From: a virus
Reading direction: 5' to 3' (one strand)
IMG/VR virus record: IMGVR_UViG_3300030103_002937
Span: 28,967-92,966 of that record
Length of the DNA: 64,000 bases
Shown here: positions 56,409 through 64,000 of the stretch, piece after piece
Position numbering within the stretch: position 1 is the first letter of the stretch
How the letters are laid out: the number at the start of each line of letters is the position of its first letter
Position numbers and translations under genes: made by a program
The notes under the pieces: generated by a model
Seen by the model: the letters and a program-made list of their open reading frames with translations, nothing else
Databases searched by the model: none
Told to the model about the DNA's origin: nothing

Positions 56409-56573
56409 TTATTTTTTACCGTATGGTACAACTTTGTTAAGATATGCTTGGCGCTCTTTACAACCACAACCACCTGGTATATTTAAACCATTAGCAACTT
56501 GCTCTGCAAACTTATCTATACCTGTAGCTTTAGTAGCACGCGCTATAGTATCGCCTAAGCCTCTATCTTTCAT
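56409..56573 (-). CDS. Small protein (54 aa, GLGDT...CGC type)
   Basis: MKDRGLGDTIA..TKATGI...CGCKERQAYLN. Confidence 0.7.
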   Translation of the reverse strand: MKDRGLGDTIARATKATGIDKFAEQVANGLNIPGGCGCKERQAYLNKVVPYGKK

Positions 56574-56905
56574 TACTTAAGATCTTCTACTGACCTAATT
56601 ATTTTAGCGTCTGGATTATCTTTTTGGTATTGCTCCATTGCATAATCCATTTTACTTTTACCCCCGGCATAAGCCTTTTGCGAACTTAACAACGATCCAG
56701 CAACACCAAAAGCACCGGCTAAAACTTTTTTGCCTGCTGATTTTAATCCTTGCTTTATAGCTTGTTTTCCTAAAAACTTTGACGCGTCTTTTATTCTTTG
56801 TTTTTCAACTGCATCATTTGTTGAAGAACCAGAGCCAGATAATTTTAAAGGGCTTGTAAACCTTGAAGGCGTACAGTGTTTTGATGTAAACGGTTTATAT
56901 TTCAT
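56573..56905 (-). CDS. Basic protein (start re-called at MKYKPF)
   Basis: Inside track ORF 56573..56971; ATG immediately after the upstream stop. Confidence 0.65.
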   Translation of the reverse strand: MKYKPFTSKHCTPSRFTSPLKLSGSGSSTNDAVEKQRIKDASKFLGKQAIKQGLKSAGKKVLAGAFGVAGSLLSSQKAYAGGKSKMDYAMEQYQKDNPDAKIIRSVEDLK

Positions 56906-56906
56906 A

Positions 56907-57221
56907 TTAACAATTCCATTTTCTTCGTGCAGCTCTACCTCTTTCAGACTTCCAGCCTTTAGATCGTGCACAAAATGATTTTCTACGTTTATATGCTTTA
57001 CTTCCTTTTTTAAGCTTTGATGGTGGTGTAGTTACAGCAGTTGATAGTTTACTACCTGGATTATCTTTACGATATTTCTTAACGCCTTTTTCGGTCATAC
57101 CCCCACCAGCTTTACTACCAGTGCCACTGCCTTTTTTTACTTCAGCATAATAACCTTTAGATTTCTTCCTAGATGGAGCATCGCCTTTTTTAGTAAACGG
57201 TGAGTTGTGCTGAACGTACAT
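56907..57221 (-). CDS. Basic protein (DUF6321-like)
   Basis: GGMTEKGV..YR..NPGSKL..AVT; RRKSFCAR; RRKWNC. Confidence 0.7.
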   Translation of the reverse strand: MYVQHNSPFTKKGDAPSRKKSKGYYAEVKKGSGTGSKAGGGMTEKGVKKYRKDNPGSKLSTAVTTPPSKLKKGSKAYKRRKSFCARSKGWKSERGRAARRKWNC

Positions 57222-57223
57222 AA

Positions 57224-57403
57224 TTATTGTTTTGCTCGTTGAGTAATAGGACCAGCTTTATAATCAGTAGGATATTTTTTAATTTCCATACCGTTTATGC
57301 CTGAGCTGCTACCTTTTCCCATAGGAAAACCTGATGTATCAATAGGCCCATCCCACACGTGAGACTCTCCTACTATTCCGCCTTTTAATGGTTGTTTTTT
57401 CAT
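57224..57403 (-). CDS. Small protein (59 aa)
   Basis: MKKQPLKGGIVGESHVWDGP...GPITQRAKQ. Confidence 0.6.
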   Translation of the reverse strand: MKKQPLKGGIVGESHVWDGPIDTSGFPMGKGSSSGINGMEIKKYPTDYKAGPITQRAKQ

Positions 57404-57408
57404 AATTA

Positions 57409-57729
57409 TTATTTTACGTTATAAGTTTTTCCGCCAACTTCAAATGTGCTTTTACCCTCCGCTTTTGCATCTTGTACAGCTTTAGAGAATGCATTACCAT
57501 TTAAAGGTGAATCTTTCATAAACAAGGGTGCGTTCATGCCGCCGGCACCATACTGACGCATCTCAGGTGACCCAGTCATACCTTGTATATTTTGCTGAAC
57601 CTGTGGCGTAAAACCACCGCCCATTGGCGCCATTTGAGGAGGCACCATTGTTGTTTGCATTGGCTGTCCCGTCATAGGATCTATTTGAGGATTACCCAAA
57701 CGCATTATTGGATTTTTTGTATAAGCCAT
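57409..57729 (-). CDS. Met/Pro/Gln-rich protein
   Basis: MAYTKNP...; C-terminal AF..A...AK..G...FEVGGK.Y.V. Confidence 0.7.
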   Translation of the reverse strand: MAYTKNPIMRLGNPQIDPMTGQPMQTTMVPPQMAPMGGGFTPQVQQNIQGMTGSPEMRQYGAGGMNAPLFMKDSPLNGNAFSKAVQDAKAEGKSTFEVGGKTYNVK

Positions 57730-57731
57730 AG

Positions 57732-58175
57732 CTATCTTTCTTTATCGTTATTTATTCTTTTGATTGCAACCTGAAGCATCCTATCTGTATACGCTTTACT
57801 TTTAATTACACTTTGTGTTGCGCTGCTGGGAATATCTTCTTCACCTGTAAGTATTCTATAAACACGGGCTAATAGCTGTGTTGTTTTTAAAGATACTTTA
57901 TATAGACTGCCTTTGCTATCTGATTTGTTACCTCTTCGCCATAATACTATCCAGCCTTCTTTTAGAAGTCGTGAAAACCTATTATTGTCCCAGCTGTATG
58001 CATATGTATCAAGTTTAAAATCTGTTTTACTAAAAAAACCTTGACAGTCTAAAAATAAAAGAAGCTCCAGATCTGCATCTTTTATACCGTAATTTCTGCA
58101 CGCCCATCTTCTAACTATACGGTAGTGCTTTAATACGTTTGAGTCACGCAAATCTGAAGCCTTTATTGTTCTCAT
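57732..58175 (-). CDS. Winged-helix-like protein
   Basis: DLELLLFL...FS...F....RLLKEGWI..W......LYKVS. Confidence 0.6.
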   Translation of the reverse strand: MRTIKASDLRDSNVLKHYRIVRRWACRNYGIKDADLELLLFLDCQGFFSKTDFKLDTYAYSWDNNRFSRLLKEGWIVLWRRGNKSDSKGSLYKVSLKTTQLLARVYRILTGEEDIPSSATQSVIKSKAYTDRMLQVAIKRINNDKER

Positions 58176-58432
58176 AATATAACGACTACATCCTGCGCTT
58201 TGATTACATTGTACACTTTATTTTCTAACTCAATGGAATGGCCGGCGTGCCTATCATAATAAATAGCATCGCCAGCCTTTATTCCCACTATATCGGCGCC
58301 CGCTGATATTACGCTTGCTTTTGCGTATCTTATATCTTCACGGGCATTTTCTGCAATTAGCAGACCGCCTTCTGTTTTTTGTGAACCTTGTTTTTCTTTT
58401 TCTACTATTAAGTAATATCCGATCGCTTTCAT
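58172..58432 (-). CDS. groES: Co-chaperonin GroES
   Basis: KTEGGLLI mobile loop; GIKAGD.IYY; DV. Confidence 0.85.
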   Translation of the reverse strand: MKAIGYYLIVEKEKQGSQKTEGGLLIAENAREDIRYAKASVISAGADIVGIKAGDAIYYDRHAGHSIELENKVYNVIKAQDVVVIL

Positions 58433-59979
58433 AACTGTTCTATTCTAACGTTATTAATTACACAATCGGTTGATATAATTGTTGTGGCTACTGAAGCCGC
58501 GTTCCGAAGAGCGCTTTTAGTAACAAGTAGCGGGTCGATAATTCCAGATTTAATCATATTCACCATACCCCCTGTAACAACATTTAACCCTCTGCCTTTA
58601 ATAGTAGGCTCTTCAAATTCTTCAATACCTGCATTACTAAGTATCGTATAAAAAGGCGCTTTAATTGACTTATAAAGTAGTTCTTCGCCTTTGCCGTCAG
58701 CTTTTATTTTCTGAGCAGCATTTAAAAGGGCTATTCCACCACCTGGTACTATACCTTCTTTAATCGCGGCTTTTGTAGCACATATAGCGTCTTCAACTCT
58801 ATCACGCTTTTCTTTTAATTCAACTTCTGAATTAGCGCCGACTTTTACAACGGCAACTTTTGCAGATAACCTTGCCAATCTTTTTTCATACCTAATTTTA
58901 TGGCCAGGCAACATTGGCTTTTCAAGTTCTTCTTGTATTGTTTTAATTTTTTCTTCTACCTCGTTAGATTTACCCTCAACTTGTAGAACAGTTTCTTCTG
59001 AATTAGTAACAGCTTTAACACAGGTGCCGAGCATTTCAATGTCTATGAGATCCATATCGTCTCCAAGATCCTCATTAATAACCTTAGCTCCTGTAAGCAT
59101 ACAAAGGTCCTGCATGACTTCCTTTCGCGTTACACCATAAGTTGGTAAATCAATTACATTAACCTTTATATTGCCTTTCATTTTATTCATTGCAAGAGTG
59201 TTCAGCACTTGAGGCTCAACATCTGCAATAACTAATAATGCTTTATTCTTTTTTATAACATGTTCCAACACCGACTGAATTCTACGTATATTTGGTATTG
59301 GCGATTCCGATATCAATATATAAGGGTTATCCAGCTCTGCAGCATTTATATTTTCGTTTGTTATAAAGTGATTAGATTTAAGCGGCTGATCGTATTGTAC
59401 ACCATCAACAACCTCTATTGTTGTATCGGGCTCATCTGTTGTTTGCATAATAACCACACCTGTATTTCCTACAGATTTAAATGCATCGCTTATAAGCTTA
59501 CCAAGTTCTTTATCATTGTTTGCAGATATAGTAGCTACTTGGTCAATCATATCACCGTCAACCGGTATTGCAATCTTTTCTAAATATGCAATTACTTTTT
59601 CAACACCACTTGCAATCCCTTCTTTTAATGTTCGCGAGCTATCTTGATCTAATGCTTTATATGCATTTTTAAGAATTGAATGCGCAAGTACAGTTGCAGT
59701 TGTTGTACCGTCGCCGGCTTCTTGTACGGTTTTACGAGCAGCATCTTTTAAAAGTGTTGCGCCCATATTTTCAACAGGATCACGCAAAAATATATTATTT
59801 GCCACTGTTACACCGTCTTTTGTAATTACCGGATTTCCTTTATCGTTTTCAAGTATTACGCTAAGACCGCTAGCCCCGAGTGTGGAGCTAACGGCTTTTG
59901 TTAGCTTTTCAATACCATTGTAAACCTTAGAGCGAGCGTCGCTACCAAAGTTTAAGTTCTTAACTATTGCGTCAGACAT
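58429..59979 (-). CDS. groEL: Chaperonin GroEL
   Basis: ITKDGVTVA, AGDGTTTATVLA, ATISAN, RLARL, GIVPGGG, IIDP..V..SAL.NA.S.A; no GGM tail. Confidence 0.95.
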   Translation of the reverse strand: MSDAIVKNLNFGSDARSKVYNGIEKLTKAVSSTLGASGLSVILENDKGNPVITKDGVTVANNIFLRDPVENMGATLLKDAARKTVQEAGDGTTTATVLAHSILKNAYKALDQDSSRTLKEGIASGVEKVIAYLEKIAIPVDGDMIDQVATISANNDKELGKLISDAFKSVGNTGVVIMQTTDEPDTTIEVVDGVQYDQPLKSNHFITNENINAAELDNPYILISESPIPNIRRIQSVLEHVIKKNKALLVIADVEPQVLNTLAMNKMKGNIKVNVIDLPTYGVTRKEVMQDLCMLTGAKVINEDLGDDMDLIDIEMLGTCVKAVTNSEETVLQVEGKSNEVEEKIKTIQEELEKPMLPGHKIRYEKRLARLSAKVAVVKVGANSEVELKEKRDRVEDAICATKAAIKEGIVPGGGIALLNAAQKIKADGKGEELLYKSIKAPFYTILSNAGIEEFEEPTIKGRGLNVVTGGMVNMIKSGIIDPLLVTKSALRNAASVATTIISTDCVINNVRIEQL

Positions 59980-60013
59980 ATTAAATTAAATTAGATTATA
60001 TTAGACAAATGTC

Positions 60014-60307
60014 TTATTCGAAAGTTTTTACAACTACAGGTCCTTTTGCGAATTCAAGCTTTTTGCTATAGTGCTCAACTGAAGCGTCAATTGCTGCTTC
60101 TGCGCCTTCAATAGTTTCTCTTCGCGTTACGTCAACCCAATCGTTATTTTTGCCTGGATTAAGGTATTCGGTTTGAAAATATCCATTTGGTAGTTGTACA
60201 ATTCGCCAATTTTTTTTATCAACTAAATGATTTAAAAACTGGACTTCTTCTTCGGTTATTTTTGGAGAAGTTGTTCCCCAAGAATAGGTTCTATAATACA
60301 GTGTCAT
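60014..60307 (-). CDS. Hypothetical protein
   Basis: NWRIVQLPNGYFQTE...TRRETIEGAEAAID. Confidence 0.7.
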   Translation of the reverse strand: MTLYYRTYSWGTTSPKITEEEVQFLNHLVDKKNWRIVQLPNGYFQTEYLNPGKNNDWVDVTRRETIEGAEAAIDASVEHYSKKLEFAKGPVVVKTFE

Positions 60308-60387
60308 AGGTTTTGGTTTTAATTAATAGTTGGTTTACTCTATCCCGAGTAGGGTATATGTTATATATTACTGGTTTTTAGCAATTT

Positions 60388-60726
60388 TTACCAAGGCACA
60401 TCTTTAGCAACCGATGTAGGGTTTATCAATTCAGCAATCTGCGAGTCTAAACCAGCCTTTAATTGGTTAACGTCTAAATCGCTAGCTTCTAGCCAACCTA
60501 CAACATCTGATTCCTTTAAACTGTCAAAAGCTATATAGCTATTAGGGTCCGGCGCGCCCACGTCTTGAGTACCAATTGAGGTTGCTAAATATGCATTGCC
60601 TTCTTTATCTTTTTGATCTGAGGTAGCTGTATAGCTCCAGTGTACATTATAAACAACGTCAGAAAGGCTTTCTTCAGTTGGGTGTACATCAAGTTTATTT
60701 ATTGTCCAATTATATGTATTTGCCAT
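60388..60726 (-). CDS. Fibre-associated small protein (assembly chaperone-like)
   Basis: YNWTI..L......DVV..VHW...C-terminal PW; directly after the fibre gene. Confidence 0.65.
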   Translation of the reverse strand: MANTYNWTINKLDVHPTEESLSDVVYNVHWSYTATSDQKDKEGNAYLATSIGTQDVGAPDPNSYIAFDSLKESDVVGWLEASDLDVNQLKAGLDSQIAELINPTSVAKDVPW

Positions 60727-60737
60727 TTTTTATTAAT

Positions 60738-63700
60738 TTATTTGTCTTCTAAGGTTTGTATTTTTTTTTCTAAATTTTTTATTTTATTATTTAACTCTTT
60801 TACAGAATTTATTAAAGCGAAAGTTAATGCATGGCTATCAAAGTTGTAAAGCTCTGTATTTTCTTCATCTTCTTCATTTAGCTTGGCATTATATTTTTTA
60901 ACCGTTTCGGGTATAATATCTTTTACTTCCTGGGCTATAACACCAATATTATTTTTATCATTAGTATCAAATCCTGCTTTTCCATTGTAATCAAAAAGCT
61001 TTGGTTCAATTTGCAACAGCTCTTGAAGCCCTGTTGTATAAGGCCGTATATTTGTTTTTACTCTTTTATCAGATACGATAGTCCACGCACTAGATGACGG
61101 TTTGGCTGCTGAGTCGGTTCCTAGCTGCAGCTTGAATGACGGGCTAGAAGTACCAATACCACAATTCCCATCGAGAATTAATATATCTGAATAAGTACCT
61201 TTTATTTTAGCTCCGTCACCAATTTGCTCTATATCTCCAAGTTCAAAAACAGTGCTACTATTTGGTGTTATTTCAAACCAGCTATCACCTTGGCCTTGAA
61301 CCTTAAACGCAGCAGTACTTTGGGAGCTATGATCAACATGAAGCCTTGCTGATGGGGATGTTTCATTAATTCCAAAGTTGCCACTCGAATTCAATACAGC
61401 TGCTGTTGACCCTGAAGCTTTAAAAGTTATTCCACCACTTGTAGGGTTTAATTCTATATTTCCAGATCCTTGTAATGTGAACGTTGCTCCTGATAAACCG
61501 TTTTGTATTGCTAGTCTGTTGGAAGCGCTACCTCCCCATTCTAACAGATTATATTGCCCTAATCGAATGTTTCCTGACACATCAAGTTTAGCACCCGGCG
61601 AAGTTGTTCCAATACCTAAATCACCCGTATTTCGTAAAGTCATTTTGGTGTTAGCATTATGCGTACCTCCAATTCCCCAATAAATTGTTCCGGTTGAAGA
61701 AGCGTTTGTGATATAATATGAACCTCTATTTCCTATTATACCATATCCGCTAATCCTTGTTTGTTCCCCCGCTGGGGTTGGGTTGCCAGTATCAAGACCG
61801 TCAATAATAGCTGCATTGTTGAAACTTGCTGAACCGTTGACATCAAGTTTAGTTGAAGGCGAAGATGTGCCAATGCCGACGTTGCCCTCTGAAATGTGAT
61901 TGCTAGTTCCGTCAGTATAGAATGCAATTTTTTCAACACCGGCATTGTACATATGCAACCTTGCTTTACCGCCCGCTTTTTCAGCTAATTTTATTAAAGG
62001 ATTCGTGTTTGCATTTGCTTGAATTGTTATTCCTGAATCAGCAGCGCTTGTTGAATTTGATTTAACTGTTAAAGGTGAAGTGGGCGAAGTTGTTCCGATA
62101 CCAACGTTGCCCCCGTTAAAATATGAATTACCGTTTGCCCGAATAACAGTTTTAATTGTGTTTGTGTTGTCATACACTCCAAAATAATAACTATCCCTGT
62201 GGAATATAAATCTATTTGAAGTTCCGTCCGTCCCTCTTGTAATAAATAAATTTGAAGACGTTCCACTTGTTGCGTTATCTCCGCTTGAAAGAAACCAGCT
62301 GCCTCCAGCAGTTGCAAAATTCACAGCAGCGTATCTTGTTGTACTGCTTGAATCATGTATTCTAACAATTGGATTGTCAGAGCTAATAGTTAATTTTTCA
62401 GAGGGTGAAGCCGTGCCGATCCCTACGTTGTCACCACTGCTGCCGTTTAAAATTAAATCGTAACCATTATTTGCCCTTAGTTCAACGTCGGCGTTGTTGA
62501 TTGCCCTAAATCTATTTGAATAAATTATATTTGTACTATTATCAACTCTTATATGTCCAGCAACGTGAAGTTTTTGACCCGGTGAGGTCGTTCCTATTCC
62601 TACGTTGCCGCCATTAAAATAGCTATCTCCATAGGTTCTTACAAGAGTTGTAACTACTCCGCCGTCTGTGCCTTTTAAAACCCCGCCAGAAGAATTTCCT
62701 TCGATTCTCATATAATGATTTGCATCATAAAGTGCGGCAACATGCCTTGTTCCAGTAGCTTGTATATTTCCGTCAACTGTCAGTCTTTGGCTTGGAGAAC
62801 TTGTTCCTATTCCAAAATTGCTTCCTGTATTTATATAACTGTCGCCGTTACCTCTTATCTGAACAGTTTGTGTTCCTGAACTAAATATTTGCAGATACCC
62901 TTCATCAGCGTCCCTTGTTAGTGTAAGTGCAGTATTTCCTAAGTCACTTTCTTTGAGAAATATTCTACCACCACTGATTGTCATGTCACCGCCCGAATCA
63001 ATTTGCATTCGTTCTGTTGCATTTGTATAAAAGCGAATAGGTTTTGCCCCTTGTGTATAAAGAAACATGTCGTCACTCGTTCCAGTTGTTCCAACATATC
63101 CGGTCCTTGTGCCGGTTGAATCTCTAAAATCAATAAAAGTACCGTTTGCGTCAGAATTGTTGTTTTGTAACCTAATAATGCTGCCGTCGCCTTCAGCATG
63201 TAGCTTTGCGCTTGGTGAGGTCGTCCCGATACCAACGTTGCCACCACTAGTGATACGCATTTTTTCTGTGTCATTAGTATCAAACGCCATAGAATCGTCA
63301 GCATGCCTATACACTATTTGACCTACATTATTATCCCCTCCAGCATCCGCAAAATCTACAGAACTAATAGCACTTGCTGCAGCTTTTATTTGAACGCTAG
63401 CGCTACCCGATGGGTTATAAGCTCTAATTAAATCAGGCCCTTCAATATCTAGTCTATAGCTTGGGCTAGTTTTTCCAATACCGATGTTGCCGGAGGTGTT
63501 TAATGTTACTCTAGTTGCACCATTTGTTACATCTCTAATTTGAAATTTTTCACCATCAGACTGGTCAATTCTTAAAACATATTCTTGCGCAGATGTTTTT
63601 AATTTTAAGAACGGGTCGCCTGTAGAATTATCAATTATTATGTCGCCTCTAGATGTTAAATCTCCATTAATATCCAGCTTAGACGCAGGCGTAGTAGTTC

Positions 63701-64000
63701 CGATACCAACATCTCCGGCGTTAGTAACTACCATTCTAACATTGCTATTAGTTGAAAAAACTAAATTAGTAGCATTAGCGGTTACATGCTGATTTCCGTA
63801 CCTTAGCCTAGACCCGACTGTTCCATCTAAATTTATATAAGCAGACGAATTAGCCCCTTTTATTAAACCAGTTGAGGTTTTAATAGTTCCGTTTACTTCC
63901 AATTTTTCACCCGGTGAAGTCGTACCAATTCCAACATTACCTCCTCCATTAACTAAAAATAAAGCTGGGTCTGAACCTTTTCTTATAATAAAGTCAGGTT
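60738..64000 (-). CDS. Giant fibre/spike protein, C-terminal part with peptidase S74 intramolecular chaperone (open to the window end)
   Basis: About ten GNVGIGTTSP repeats; SDKRVKTNI...IGVIAQEV...A..EL coiled coil; frame open from 63998. Confidence 0.9.
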   Translation of the reverse strand, partial: PDFIIRKGSDPALFLVNGGGNVGIGTTSPGEKLEVNGTIKTSTGLIKGANSSAYINLDGTVGSRLRYGNQHVTANATNLVFSTNSNVRMVVTNAGDVGIGTTTPASKLDINGDLTSRGDIIIDNSTGDPFLKLKTSAQEYVLRIDQSDGEKFQIRDVTNGATRVTLNTSGNIGIGKTSPSYRLDIEGPDLIRAYNPSGSASVQIKAAASAISSVDFADAGGDNNVGQIVYRHADDSMAFDTNDTEKMRITSGGNVGIGTTSPSAKLHAEGDGSIIRLQNNNSDANGTFIDFRDSTGTRTGYVGTTGTSDDMFLYTQGAKPIRFYTNATERMQIDSGGDMTISGGRIFLKESDLGNTALTLTRDADEGYLQIFSSGTQTVQIRGNGDSYINTGSNFGIGTSSPSQRLTVDGNIQATGTRHVAALYDANHYMRIEGNSSGGVLKGTDGGVVTTLVRTYGDSYFNGGNVGIGTTSPGQKLHVAGHIRVDNSTNIIYSNRFRAINNADVELRANNGYDLILNGSSGDNVGIGTASPSEKLTISSDNPIVRIHDSSSTTRYAAVNFATAGGSWFLSSGDNATSGTSSNLFITRGTDGTSNRFIFHRDSYYFGVYDNTNTIKTVIRANGNSYFNGGNVGIGTTSPTSPLTVKSNSTSAADSGITIQANANTNPLIKLAEKAGGKARLHMYNAGVEKIAFYTDGTSNHISEGNVGIGTSSPSTKLDVNGSASFNNAAIIDGLDTGNPTPAGEQTRISGYGIIGNRGSYYITNASSTGTIYWGIGGTHNANTKMTLRNTGDLGIGTTSPGAKLDVSGNIRLGQYNLLEWGGSASNRLAIQNGLSGATFTLQGSGNIELNPTSGGITFKASGSTAAVLNSSGNFGINETSPSARLHVDHSSQSTAAFKVQGQGDSWFEITPNSSTVFELGDIEQIGDGAKIKGTYSDILILDGNCGIGTSSPSFKLQLGTDSAAKPSSSAWTIVSDKRVKTNIRPYTTGLQELLQIEPKLFDYNGKAGFDTNDKNNIGVIAQEVKDIIPETVKKYNAKLNEEDEENTELYNFDSHALTFALINSVKELNNKIKNLEKKIQTLEDK
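63913..64000. repeat. 88-bp exact copy of 969..1056 inside the fibre gene
   Basis: Direct comparison by eye. Confidence 0.9.

Noticed and set aside
63913-64000. Terminal redundancy / circular overlap of the window
   Set aside because: The match is to 969-1056, not to position 1, and the adjacent sequence diverges, so it is an intragenic module repeat.
60738-64000. Diversity-generating retroelement or invertase-driven shufflon acting on the fibre
   Set aside because: No reverse transcriptase or recombinase; differences between repeat copies are not adenine-specific; copies are in direct orientation.
1-64000. Stop-codon reassignment as in some crAss-like phages
   Set aside because: Core genes are full length and densely packed under the standard code, and no suppressor tRNA is present.

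Overview
The window is most of a lytic podovirus-type phage genome. The host is probably a marine Bacteroidota (Flavobacteriia): genes have A-rich starts without Shine-Dalgarno sites and the head/tail module is crAss-like. A rightward early/replication arm (about 6.4-24.2 kb) carries small early genes behind a repeated 34-bp promoter-like motif, a tRNA-like RNA cluster, a sigma factor, ERF, a RecE-like nuclease, SSB, primase-helicase, a ThyA homologue, MazG, endonuclease I and class I RNR. It meets a leftward late arm carrying GroEL/GroES, small basic proteins, terminase, portal, scaffold, major capsid, ring/muzzle, ejection proteins and a lysis/envelope cassette. A giant GNVGIGT-repeat fibre is cut by both window edges. 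No DNA polymerase, integrase or RNA polymerase is recognisable. The strongest novelty candidates are: (1) a ThyA homologue with the N177D and H147Y substitutions expected of a dCMP methylase, next to MazG-type NTP pyrophosphatases; (2) an 80-nt tmRNA tRNA-like-domain mimic (G3-U70, no anticodon arm, no tag ORF) ending a tandem array of three RNAs closed by 7-bp stems; (3) a 2248-aa ejection polyprotein with a zincin motif, K-F/L-S linkers and a sigma region 2-like segment; (4) a lysis-linked outer-membrane beta-barrel, a CxxC-less secreted thioredoxin and a 14-aa CxxCxxCxxC micropeptide; (5) three spaced palindromes linked to an HTH gene. All calls come from reading motifs by eye; no searches were run.
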